This document shows, piece after piece, positions 37,600 to 46,536 of a DNA stretch of 64,000 nt (position 1 is the stretch's first letter; every line of letters starts with the position of its first letter). The stretch is from a virus (Duplodnaviria > Caudoviricetes). The stretch spans positions 408-64,407 of IMG/VR virus record IMGVR_UViG_2857096214_000002; one strand, 5' to 3'. The translations under genes were made by a program, and so were the position numbers. The notes below the pieces were generated by a model. That model was not told the DNA's origin and ran no database searches. It saw only the letters and a list, made by a program, of their open reading frames with translations.

Positions 37600-38694
37600 C
37601 TACCCGCCGGTGGCCACGACCGTGCCGCCCACGAGGACGCCGACGGTGCGTACCGTGTCTTGCTCGGCTCCGGGAGTGTCGTTGCGGGATACCTGGACGT
37701 TGACGTTGACGGTGCCCAGCTCGTTGTCCACATCGGCGACGACCGCGTTGACCACGGCCGACTTCTCGAACTGGGCGACCGCATCGAGCACGGCCCGCTC
37801 AAGCTGGGCGTGCGCGGCCTCGGCGTTCACCGCGAACAGGGCGGCCGACGTCGGGACTCCGTAGGTCGCGCGCATGACGCGCTCGCCCGGCAGGGTGCCG
37901 ACCAGGGCGTGGACGCGGTCCAGGAGCTGCTCGCGCTGGTCGGTGGTGGAGGCCACTGCCCCGGTGTGGTCGATCTCGAACGGAGTGCGGATGGCCACAC
38001 TGGCTGAGGTGTCGGCGGGCCCCGTGGCGGAGATGACCGGCGGAACCTCTTCCTCATCGACGCTGAGCGGGACCTGGGCGGCGGCCCGCTTGACGGCGTC
38101 ACCGAAGGCGAAGAACGGCGTCAGCCGGTTGGCGGGGTTGTTCACGCTGGCCTGCGACAGGTCACCGCTGGCGTAGAAGCTCTCGCGTAGGGACCGCGTG
38201 AGGTCGAGCTGGACGCCGGCGTTGATCCGGGTCTTGTTGACGATGTTCCGCGGGTCACTGCCCTCGAACCGCAGGGGCGGGGTGTCGCAGACGAAGCCGG
38301 CCGTCGTCAGCTCCTGGGTGAGCAGGGACACGAGGACGTCGTCGAGGCCGGAGATGTAGACGACCTCCTCGCTCTCTCGCTGGTCCTCCACTCCGCGGAA
38401 GCTGATGGCACGGGAGCTGTTGCCCACGTTGACCTGACAGAACGGCTCGTCGAACGTGACCGCGGGCAAGGCGAGGGTGTCGGCCGTCAGGTCGGAGAGG
38501 CCCTCGAAGCAGTAGTAGGCGCCGGTCGTGTCCGCGCAGTACGTCGCGAGCTGAGAGGTGGGCGGCTCGATGGCCCCGCCGTGAATGGCGATGTAGACCA
38601 GGTAGTCGCCAACGCCGTAGCGGTTTTTGATGTCGTAGTCGATGCCGAGGGTTTTCGACGCTGCCAGAGTCCGGAAATAGGGATAGGTCGTCAC
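37600..38694 (-). CDS. fusion of poly-gamma-glutamate-hydrolase-like domain and gp25/GPW baseplate domain
   Basis: N-terminal IAIHGGAIEP.TS, Y.FEG, FDEP, NIVN, GVQL; C-terminal T.PGERVMR..YG (gp25 signature). Confidence 0.8.
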   Translation of the reverse strand: MTTYPYFRTLAASKTLGIDYDIKNRYGVGDYLVYIAIHGGAIEPPTSQLATYCADTTGAYYCFEGLSDLTADTLALPAVTFDEPFCQVNVGNSSRAISFRGVEDQRESEEVVYISGLDDVLVSLLTQELTTAGFVCDTPPLRFEGSDPRNIVNKTRINAGVQLDLTRSLRESFYASGDLSQASVNNPANRLTPFFAFGDAVKRAAAQVPLSVDEEEVPPVISATGPADTSASVAIRTPFEIDHTGAVASTTDQREQLLDRVHALVGTLPGERVMRATYGVPTSAALFAVNAEAAHAQLERAVLDAVAQFEKSAVVNAVVADVDNELGTVNVNVQVSRNDTPGAEQDTVRTVGVLVGGTVVATGG

Positions 38695-38703
38695 GGCTGC
38701 TCC

Positions 38704-39675
38704 TCAGACGATGCGGGCACGGATGCCAGTCAGCGACATGTCGTAGGGGGACGCAGCCCCGATGGGAAACAGCGCCTGGAGGTCACCGCTGGGCTGCATG
38801 GTGATCCGGGCGGCGGGGGTGTCGTGCAACCCGATGGGATAAACCACGATCCACTTGTTGTCGAAAGAAGCAGACTGGCTGGAGTCGTCGGTGCGGTATA
38901 GAGCCGTCACGGTGTAGGTGGACCCGGGCGTCAGGCCGGTCACGGTGCGCGAGTTCGAGAAGGAGCCGTTGTCCTGGCCCTGGTTTTCGGCGGAGCGGTT
39001 GTCGTCACCGTCGGCGAGGATCGTGGACCCGGAGGTGACTTTGCAGCTCATCAGGCAGCGAGCCGTGGTGTTGCCCGCCTGTGCGAAGCAGCCAAAGACG
39101 ATGACGACCTGACCACTGCCCGGCGAGACGAAGGTGAAGGACGGGCCGTTGGAGTCGGTCACGTAGGTGGTGCTGGTGGTGGTGGTCGTCGTCCGGTATT
39201 CGCCGTAGGCGATTTTTGCGTTGTAGGCGCTGCGGTAGACCGTGGCGGTGGTGGCCCGGTAGGTCTCAAGGGGCCGGGCTCCGTCCGGGAGGCTGGCGAA
39301 TTTCACGGTGGAGCCGAGGCTGATGGCAGTGGACGTTTCCACCGACCCCGCCAGCTCGACCATGCCGTCCTCGGTGGTGCGGTAGACCGGGGTGCCGGCG
39401 GAGGACACGGTCCAGCCCGGCTCCAGCGGCAGCGGCGTCCAAGGCGCCACCGTTTCCGTATTCCGGGGCCAGTAGACCGGGTAATTCATGTCGCCGCCCT
39501 CAAAAGCGACAGTGACTTTGTCTCCCGGTGCCACGGTCCCGTAGGAAACGGGCTCGGCCCAGCCGGACACTGCTGTGCCGGTGATCTGCGGGACACGCAC
39601 CCGCACGCGGCGACGGTTCTGCGGGTCGTTGGTGGCGACGACCAGACCGGCGTACACACCAAACAGGGCGGTCAT
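38704..39675 (-). CDS. baseplate spike (gp5/gpV OB-fold) with C-terminal extension
   Basis: G.V....DP....RVRVRVP, WA.P, GDKV.V.FEGGD...PV. Confidence 0.85.
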   Translation of the reverse strand: MTALFGVYAGLVVATNDPQNRRRVRVRVPQITGTAVSGWAEPVSYGTVAPGDKVTVAFEGGDMNYPVYWPRNTETVAPWTPLPLEPGWTVSSAGTPVYRTTEDGMVELAGSVETSTAISLGSTVKFASLPDGARPLETYRATTATVYRSAYNAKIAYGEYRTTTTTTSTTYVTDSNGPSFTFVSPGSGQVVIVFGCFAQAGNTTARCLMSCKVTSGSTILADGDDNRSAENQGQDNGSFSNSRTVTGLTPGSTYTVTALYRTDDSSQSASFDNKWIVVYPIGLHDTPAARITMQPSGDLQALFPIGAASPYDMSLTGIRARIV

Positions 39676-40871
39676 GACGAGCCTCCCGTATAGGCAGCCC
39701 GCCAGCGGCCGGAGACCAGCACGGTCGGTGCGGGCTTTCGTGGCCTGTCCAGCACCCCCAGGTCGAGTTTCCGCGCGTCGTTACGGCCGACCGTGAGGGT
39801 GGTGTCGTACTGGCTCTTTTGCGGATAGAGCTGGTTGATGCACATCCTGTGGACAGCCGAGCGGACCATCCACAGGCCCTCGTTCGCATCGCCGATTCCC
39901 GCACCGCGCAGCTCGACCAGGGCGCCGGGCCGCAGCCGGGGGTCGCCGTTGGTCACGGCGCGGGCCTCCACCCACAGCCAGTCCGCCTCGGCGCCGAGCA
40001 GCCGCTGGGACTGGGCGTAAGAGCCCGCCGGCCGGATGCTGTACTGCTGAGTCAGCAGCGGGTCGACGCTCTGGCCCTGAACCGTGGTGCGGTCCTGGGT
40101 GTAGGTGCTGTGAGTCAGAATGTCCGAGGTCCGGTTGTAGGCCGTGGTCTCGAAACGTGCGCGGAGCCCACCGGCCGGGTCGGTGTCGCCCACCACCGCG
40201 CTGAATTCCCGCAGGGAGTCGATGAACCCGGGGGATTTGCGTTGCCAGAAAACGGGCCATGTCCCGTCAGGAGCCTGCATCACGGTGCGCCGGTCGGTGA
40301 ACCAGAGCGAGGTGTTGTCGCAGTAGAGCCGATAGCCGATGCGGTCGGCCAGGTCGACCAAGTACTGCCAGTCGCTGCTTGCCTGCGTGCTCTGTTCGAA
40401 GACGTGCGTCACGGCGTCCACGCGCGGCTGGAGGTTGTAGTCCTGGGCGATCTGGCGGGCCGCGGCCGAGGCGGTCGTGCCGCTCCAGGTGCGATTGCGT
40501 CGTGTCTGCATCGGCATGCTGGCCCCGGTCAGGGTGTACACCACCGGGATCTGCACGGCGTGCCCGAACTTGGGGTCGCTCTCGTTGGCCACGACACGGG
40601 AGGAGGCCACGTACCCGTACCAGTCCGCGGAGTCGTCCGCGTACCAGCCATATTGGAGATGGACGGGGGTGTTCTCCGGCCAGACCGACCCGGCCGGCGT
40701 CCGCCACTGCTGGGCCGGGAACGCCGGGTTGTAGGTGTGCATCACGGTCAGCTCGACGACCTGGTGCGCACCCTCGGCCTGGTACACCGACACCTCGGAG
40801 AGCCAGGCCCCCTTCTCCAGCGTGGGGAGCTTGGCGTACAGGTGGGGGCGGTAGATCTTACGCCAGGCCAC
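39672..40871 (-). CDS. baseplate hub (late control D / gp27-like)
   Basis: V.L.YGW, SDWQYL..LA.R.GY, GDPRLRPG.LV.L.G.G...G.W.V..A.H. Confidence 0.85.
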   Translation of the reverse strand: MAWRKIYRPHLYAKLPTLEKGAWLSEVSVYQAEGAHQVVELTVMHTYNPAFPAQQWRTPAGSVWPENTPVHLQYGWYADDSADWYGYVASSRVVANESDPKFGHAVQIPVVYTLTGASMPMQTRRNRTWSGTTASAAARQIAQDYNLQPRVDAVTHVFEQSTQASSDWQYLVDLADRIGYRLYCDNTSLWFTDRRTVMQAPDGTWPVFWQRKSPGFIDSLREFSAVVGDTDPAGGLRARFETTAYNRTSDILTHSTYTQDRTTVQGQSVDPLLTQQYSIRPAGSYAQSQRLLGAEADWLWVEARAVTNGDPRLRPGALVELRGAGIGDANEGLWMVRSAVHRMCINQLYPQKSQYDTTLTVGRNDARKLDLGVLDRPRKPAPTVLVSGRWRAAYTGGSS

Positions 40872-41142
40872 GGGGCACCATGATTTGCTGGCCGGCCGGC
40901 ACCTGGGTCCAGTCGAGAATGGTCGGGTTGGCTTCGGCGTACATCCACCAGGACGATTCGCTGCCGTAGTACCGCGCGGCGATGTCGTCGACCCGCTCAT
41001 CCGCACGCCAGCGGTAATCCGTCACGCGGAGACTCTGGTCTGTGGGGGCGCGGTGCAGGATGGCGAGCTGAAGATTCCCGTTACGGTCGGTAACCAGGGC
41101 CGTCTCATTGCGCTGGTACCGCGAGGTGATATCGATGGCCAC
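40858..41142 (-). CDS. LysM-like tail X / baseplate protein
   Basis: ERVD.IAARYYG...WW..AEANP...PAG..I.VP. Confidence 0.85.
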   Translation of the reverse strand: MAIDITSRYQRNETALVTDRNGNLQLAILHRAPTDQSLRVTDYRWRADERVDDIAARYYGSESSWWMYAEANPTILDWTQVPAGQQIMVPRGLA

Positions 41143-41150
41143 GATGCCTC

Positions 41151-41885
41151 CTAGACCCAGCCGGCGGTGGACATTAGTTGCATGCTGACGCCGACCGCGC
41201 ACCGCACCGGAGTCATGCGCTGAGTGAAGTGGGTGTACTGGATGTCCAGGCTGTTGAGGTATCCGAAATAACTCATCCGCGACAGGTTCGGCAGTTTGTC
41301 GGAAAAGAGGTGCCGGGCCTGGTTGAAATGCACCCAGCACGGGTTCATTTGCATGATGCCGATGACGTCCCCGGTTTGACTGCTGGCGGCATCTGATGAG
41401 GTGGCCGAACTCCACACCTGCTGCTTCATGTTGATGCCGCAGAGGTTGTACAGCACGTGGATGTCGGCCATAACCCCGTAGGTTCCCTCAATGGTGTTCC
41501 ACTGACTGGGGTCGCTCATCTCGTAACTGCGGTCGAACAGCAGGGAAAAGGAGAGCGTTCCGCCCGCCGCGATGAGTGGCGTGCCGCTGTCCTGGTCGCT
41601 CCTCGTGTAGGCCGGCATGACCTGGTTCGCGGCGTCGATACCGTGACTGACCTGCACCGTGGAAGGGTTGTACAGGAAGTTCAGGATGTAGTAGCGGCCC
41701 GAGTGTCCCTTCGGGAAGGCCGTGACCATGTAGCCGCGGTACAGCTTGTAATTGACCCCGCCCTCGTCAGTCGACTGGTACGAGGGGATGGCTTGGATGC
41801 GGGGGTCGAAGGTGTTGTCGGTGATGCCGGTACCCGGCAGGGTCACTGTGTCTGTCTTCTTCTTTTTCTTCTTTCCGGCCATCAC
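41151..41885 (-). CDS. tail tube initiator-like protein
   Basis: F.YNP..V, LSF.LLFDR, G.L.SL...YTHF...M.PVRC.V.VS. Confidence 0.75.
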   Translation of the reverse strand: MMAGKKKKKKTDTVTLPGTGITDNTFDPRIQAIPSYQSTDEGGVNYKLYRGYMVTAFPKGHSGRYYILNFLYNPSTVQVSHGIDAANQVMPAYTRSDQDSGTPLIAAGGTLSFSLLFDRSYEMSDPSQWNTIEGTYGVMADIHVLYNLCGINMKQQVWSSATSSDAASSQTGDVIGIMQMNPCWVHFNQARHLFSDKLPNLSRMSYFGYLNSLDIQYTHFTQRMTPVRCAVGVSMQLMSTAGWV

Positions 41886-44851
41886 CAGCCTCCCATCATG
41901 GACTTGATCCGGTCGTCGGCCGCGATGTGGGAGACGAATGCCTGGGCGGCGCTCTTGGCCCCCTCGGCGGTGGCAGTAGGCATTTGCACGACGACGGAGC
42001 CCGCGCCGAAGTGGAGATTCACCGACCCTGTGGGTGCAGGCGAGTTAGAGCCCTGCCCAGGAGAGGGGGTGAGGCCCTGGTTGAGGAGGGCCTGGCGCAC
42101 GGTGTGGGCGGTGTTGCGCTCCAGCACCATTTCGCCGCCGTGCAATTTGGCGTCGAGACCCTCGCCCGCCTGCCCGGGGACATCCCACGCGCCGTCCTTG
42201 TACCAATGCGGGCTGCGAGCCTGCCATTTGGCCCATGCGTTGCCGGGGTTTCCGTAGCGTCCCTTGATGTACTTCAGGCCCCACGCGATCTGCGTTGCGG
42301 GGTTTGTCTTCCAGTCGGAACCTTCGGACGCCATTTTCGAACCGGGAAGCGATTGAGGAATTCCCGTAGCGCCTGAATCCTTGTTCACCGCCCAGTGGCG
42401 CCAGCCGGATTCGCCAAGCCACAGCTTGTACAGGTCGTCCCATTGGGTGCCTGTCCAACCGTACTTGGCGGCCATTTTCTTGCCGAGCTTGACGTTGGCC
42501 TGCACGTTGTGCGGCGCGTCCTTGCCAGCGTTGCCGCCCCCTGAATCCTCGCTGGTGGCCTCGGAGTTCTGCGTCGCCGACGGAGTGCTGCCACCGGTCT
42601 GGGCTGTGCCTGCGCCGCCGGCCAGGGCCGCGGCGAGGGCGTCAACCTCCTCGACCGATCCGTAGGGGCCGGCGACGGTGAACCCGCCCTTGTCCGCAGT
42701 GGAGCCGTTCTCCTTCGTGGGGTCGCTCTGGTCGCCGTCAAGCGTCCCCGTGGCTTCCACGCCACCCGAGAGGATGCGCCTGGCCCTCTTGAACTTTCCG
42801 TACATCGGGCCCTCGACAACGCCCCGGGTGGGGTTCGCCGCCTCGATGACCTTGCCGCCGCCGGCGTAGATGCCGACGTGGCTGACGTCCTTGTAAAAAA
42901 CGAGGTCACCGGGCTGGACCTTGTCGATGGGGACTTCAATCCCCTTGTGGATCTGCTGGTAGGTGGTGCGAGGCAGCTTGACGCCGGCCGCGGCGTAGGC
43001 ATGCTGCACGAGACTGGAGCAGTCCCAGGCGTCCGGGCCGTTCGCGCCGAGGACGTATTTGTCGCCGACCTGCGTATTGGCGAAGGCGAGCGCCTTCATC
43101 ACGCCGGCGCCCGGGTAGTCATTGTTCTTGTCGGAGGTCTTCTTACTGCCGCCCTGCTTGGACTCCGGGGTACCGGAGTCACCGCCGAAGAGGCTGGTGA
43201 GACCGTGCCAGGCGGACTTGGCCCAGGAGGACTGGTCGGTCCCTGCGCCCCAGTCGCCGAAGAAAACGTTGGGTCCCGAGTTCCATCCGGAGCGGGCCCC
43301 CGACATGAAGCCGGAGCCCGCGTCCTTGACTCGGCTAACGGTGCCGCCCACGGGGCCACCGGCCTTGTAAGCGCCGGTGAGCCCACCGAACCAGTCGGCG
43401 AACGGCCCGAGCGCCTTCTGAAGCAGCGTGTGGATGTCGGCCAGGGTGTTGGCGCTCGACTTTGCCGCGTCGAGGAACGACGCGGAGGCGGGCAGGTGGC
43501 CTTCCCGGTCCAGACCCTGGAGGTAGCGCTGGGCGTCCTGGTAGGAGTCTCCGACGCTCGGCGCGTACTTCTGGATGCGCGCACGGGCCTTTTCACCGGC
43601 CGAGTCCCGCCCGCCTGCGTCCTCGATGAGCTTGAGGGCCTCTTCGGACGAAAGACCGCGCAGTCCCTTTTTTGCGGGATTCATCAGATCGCGCAGCAGC
43701 TCGGTCTGGTTGCGCATCGCTTCCATGGTCTGGCCCGAAAGTCCGGCAGCGCGGGCGTAGTTGGCCATGGACATGGACAGGGAGCCGCCCTGGGCCATCT
43801 GTGCCGCGAGTTGACCGCCGGTGAGGTTGCCGAAGCCGCCGTTGTTGACCCGCTGGGCCAGGGAGAGGGCCATGGCAGCAGGGGAGTTCAGTGCGCCGCC
43901 AGCGAACCGTGTCGGGGCCAGACCGAACATCTGCGACGCGTAAAACGCCTGACCAGTGCCCAGCTCGTTTTGCATCTGGGCAGCGCCCTGGATTCCCAGA
44001 CCGGGGGTGATATACGCCGCGGCGGAGGCTCGCCGCATGTTGGTCGCGTACTGGTCGAGTGGCGACTGCTGAAGAATTGCGCTGGCACCGGCGAAAACGT
44101 CCTCGTTGGACGTGCCCCACATGACGGTGCCGTAACGTTTCATCTCCTGGCCCAGCACGCGGGCGCGGTGACCGGAACTCCCGCCCCAGTCGGGCCGCAA
44201 CAGTGAGGCACGCCGCTCGAACTGCCCCAGCATTTCCTCAAAACCGCCGGAGTAGTACGAGCGGGCAGCACCGACGATCGCCCCGCCGACCTGCCCGGCC
44301 ATGGCGATGCGGTTCATCGTGGTCTGCATCGTCTGCTGGCTGCGCAGCCGATCCATGTCCGCGTTCATGCGCGTCATCTGGGAGGAGAAGCTGTTCTGCC
44401 GCAGGTCCCAGTCACGGTCGATGGCGTCGGTGCGAATCCGGTAGAGCTGCGCGCCCTCGCGCAGCCGCTGACGGGCCTCGGCCTCCTGCGCCACCGTCGA
44501 GCGCGGGTCGCTGATGATGCGGTTCTGGGTGCGCTGGTACTGCTGCCAGCGGATTCGCTGCTGCTGAACCTCGTCCTGCATCCGCTGGTAGGCGGCGTTG
44601 TGCGCCCCCTGCGCTTGGTAGGACTGCTGCTGGAGGCGGTCTGCCTGGTCCCCCAAGCGTTGCCCTGCGCCCGCGTTGGTCGCGTGCCAGCCCATCGTGG
44701 ACAGGCCGGCCGTGCTCGCGAACCTATTCGTAAAGTTGGTGAATGCCCGGGTGAGCGCGTCGAGTTGCTGCCCGAGATTGTTTGCGCCGAAGAGGCGGCC
44801 CCCGGCGGGATTGGGTGTGGGTGGGCCGGGCGGCGGCGGGGGAGTACCCAT
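41882..44851 (-). CDS. tape measure protein with NlpC/P60 peptidase and SLT transglycosylase domains
   Basis: Helical Ala/Gly/Gln-rich body; YV.GA.GP..WDCSS...PGDLVF...HVGIY; ESGW...SGA.GIPQ.LPGSKM. Confidence 0.9.
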   Translation of the reverse strand: MGTPPPPPGPPTPNPAGGRLFGANNLGQQLDALTRAFTNFTNRFASTAGLSTMGWHATNAGAGQRLGDQADRLQQQSYQAQGAHNAAYQRMQDEVQQQRIRWQQYQRTQNRIISDPRSTVAQEAEARQRLREGAQLYRIRTDAIDRDWDLRQNSFSSQMTRMNADMDRLRSQQTMQTTMNRIAMAGQVGGAIVGAARSYYSGGFEEMLGQFERRASLLRPDWGGSSGHRARVLGQEMKRYGTVMWGTSNEDVFAGASAILQQSPLDQYATNMRRASAAAYITPGLGIQGAAQMQNELGTGQAFYASQMFGLAPTRFAGGALNSPAAMALSLAQRVNNGGFGNLTGGQLAAQMAQGGSLSMSMANYARAAGLSGQTMEAMRNQTELLRDLMNPAKKGLRGLSSEEALKLIEDAGGRDSAGEKARARIQKYAPSVGDSYQDAQRYLQGLDREGHLPASASFLDAAKSSANTLADIHTLLQKALGPFADWFGGLTGAYKAGGPVGGTVSRVKDAGSGFMSGARSGWNSGPNVFFGDWGAGTDQSSWAKSAWHGLTSLFGGDSGTPESKQGGSKKTSDKNNDYPGAGVMKALAFANTQVGDKYVLGANGPDAWDCSSLVQHAYAAAGVKLPRTTYQQIHKGIEVPIDKVQPGDLVFYKDVSHVGIYAGGGKVIEAANPTRGVVEGPMYGKFKRARRILSGGVEATGTLDGDQSDPTKENGSTADKGGFTVAGPYGSVEEVDALAAALAGGAGTAQTGGSTPSATQNSEATSEDSGGGNAGKDAPHNVQANVKLGKKMAAKYGWTGTQWDDLYKLWLGESGWRHWAVNKDSGATGIPQSLPGSKMASEGSDWKTNPATQIAWGLKYIKGRYGNPGNAWAKWQARSPHWYKDGAWDVPGQAGEGLDAKLHGGEMVLERNTAHTVRQALLNQGLTPSPGQGSNSPAPTGSVNLHFGAGSVVVQMPTATAEGAKSAAQAFVSHIAADDRIKSMMGGW

Positions 44852-45004
44852 TTACTGCCTCCTCTCGATTTCCCAGGCGGCGCGCAGGAGCCAGTGGTGG
44901 CGCTCGCGAGCGGAAAGGGCCTTGATCTCGCTCAGTGACCAGGAGTAGAACCGGGCGAGGATTTCGATGTCGGAAAAGGCCCGCTGGTAGTCACAGTCCG
45001 CGAA
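44852..45004 (-). CDS. start-less tail-chaperone extension (frameshift-dependent)
   Basis: DYQRAFSDIEILARFYSWSLSEIKALSARERHHWL...; no ATG/GTG/TTG; stop abuts the TMP ATG; lies in the +1 frame after TTT_CGC. Confidence 0.7.
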   Translation of the reverse strand, partial: FADCDYQRAFSDIEILARFYSWSLSEIKALSARERHHWLLRAAWEIERRQ

Positions 45005-45854
45005 ACAGGACGGCCAGCGAGATCGGCAGCGATACCTCCTCTCCGCACGTCTCGTGCGTCCACTTGAAGTCGAGGAGCCGCGGGCCGGGTTGGGTGTCGG
45101 TGAGGAACTGGAGGATGGTCTGCCGGTCGGCCATGAAGATGCTCTGCACCGGCGGGCGGCGTACTTCGGTGCCGTCGGGCCGGATCAGGCGCAGGACGCA
45201 GCGGGAGAGAATTTCCGAATCCTGCTTGGCCCGGTTGCCCTTGATGCCGAGAACCGCCGTCTGGTCCTGGCCGGTGGGCAGGCGCACGATGGCCGTCTCG
45301 CCCTTGCGCAGGGGTACTTCGAATTCCGTGCGCTCGGGGTCTTCGAGATGAACGAGAGGGACGGAGTCGAGCGGGACGGTGAGGTCAGTCAGCTCGCCGC
45401 AGTTCGAGCAGGGGAGGCGCTCGAATTCCAGGTCCGGTCCGAACGTTGCGCGCCGGACGCCCATCACAAGCAGTTCGCGGTCACCGATGAGCAGCTCACC
45501 GGCGAGCTTGCGGGTCATGGGTTCGCCGCCGACGGCGGTCACTCCCCGCAGCAGCAGGGCCTCGAAGACCTTGAAGGCGTCACCGCTGACGCCAGCAGCG
45601 GCGATGGCCTCTTCGTCGTAGCCGTTGAGTTCGCGTACCTCTGCGTCGCGGTACCAGGTGCCATCCCGGAGAATTCCGCGTGCGAGAGGGACCTGATTGT
45701 CCCCGGGGTTGTCGATGCGCGGCCGGCCGCTTTCCCGGTCCTCCTTGAGGAGGGCCTGGGTGGCGGCGTTGGCCTCTTCGGGCTTTTCCAGGCCGTTGAT
45801 GGACTGGTTCCCGAAGGTCTCGAAGTCGGGGAGGACAATAGGGGGTTCGGGCAT
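44991..45854 (-). CDS. tail assembly chaperone / baseplate hub assembly protein
   Basis: VREL.G.DEE, LLIGDR..L...VRR.TFG, CSNCG, RLPTG.DQ, PGP; between tube and TMP. Confidence 0.8.
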   Translation of the reverse strand: MPEPPIVLPDFETFGNQSINGLEKPEEANAATQALLKEDRESGRPRIDNPGDNQVPLARGILRDGTWYRDAEVRELNGYDEEAIAAAGVSGDAFKVFEALLLRGVTAVGGEPMTRKLAGELLIGDRELLVMGVRRATFGPDLEFERLPCSNCGELTDLTVPLDSVPLVHLEDPERTEFEVPLRKGETAIVRLPTGQDQTAVLGIKGNRAKQDSEILSRCVLRLIRPDGTEVRRPPVQSIFMADRQTILQFLTDTQPGPRLLDFKWTHETCGEEVSLPISLAVLFRGL

Positions 45855-45880
45855 GAGTCGTCCTTTAAGCGGGTGCTGAT

Positions 45881-46465
45881 TTACGGCAGCGAAATGCCGG
45901 AGCCGGGCCCGTAGCTGTTGGCGATCTTGAAGTTCCAGCCCTCATGGGCGAGGGTGATTTGCTGGAGTTCGACGCCATTTGCCCCGCTGTCGAGGTCGCC
46001 GAAGGCGATGCTCGTGGGCCAGCAGTTGTAGACCCTCCAGCCGGCCTTGTAGGAGACGGTCTTCGTGGTGACCGGGTGGTCCAGCAGGTAAATGTCCATG
46101 ATCGCGCGGAAGTTGTAGTTGCCCGGGTTACCGCCGGTCCCCTGCATGACCATGAACAACTGCTTGAGCCAGGCGTAGATGTCCGAGTCGCCACAAATCA
46201 GCCCCCTTGAGAGGGTGATGGGCGCAAAGTCCGATTGGCCTGGCATCTTCTGAGTTGTCGTGTTCATTCCACCCTGGCGGTACACGACGACGTCCGTGGT
46301 GATCGACAACCCGCTGACGGACATGAAGCCGAGCTGGTTCTTGCGCTTGGAGCTGTCGAGGGTCGAGCCCGCCAGGTGGATTTGCACCTGGAACTTGAAA
46401 TTGCGGAGCGGGTCGGTCTGGAGTGTTGCGAGCGAAGGCTTCTGGGTCGTAGTCGTCGTCGCCAC
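45881..46465 (-). CDS. tail tube protein (T4 gp19-like)
   Basis: DPLRNFKF.V, GF..VSGL, YRQGG, K.PG...F..ITL.RG, WP, L.HEG. Confidence 0.95.
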   Translation of the reverse strand: MATTTTTQKPSLATLQTDPLRNFKFQVQIHLAGSTLDSSKRKNQLGFMSVSGLSITTDVVVYRQGGMNTTTQKMPGQSDFAPITLSRGLICGDSDIYAWLKQLFMVMQGTGGNPGNYNFRAIMDIYLLDHPVTTKTVSYKAGWRVYNCWPTSIAFGDLDSGANGVELQQITLAHEGWNFKIANSYGPGSGISLP

Positions 46466-46494
46466 GGTTCACCTCTCATTTCCCGGGCTGAAGG

Positions 46495-46526
46495 GCCGCC
46501 GTGCTGAGCAGGAATGAGAGGCGGTC
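46495..46526 (-). promoter_or_regulatory. 32-bp conserved element, copy 3 (upstream of tube)
   Basis: + strand GCCGCCGTGCTGAGCAGGAATGAGAGGCGGTC, similar to copies at 56995 and 57902. Confidence 0.65.
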
Positions 46527-46536
46527 GGTCTGAGGA

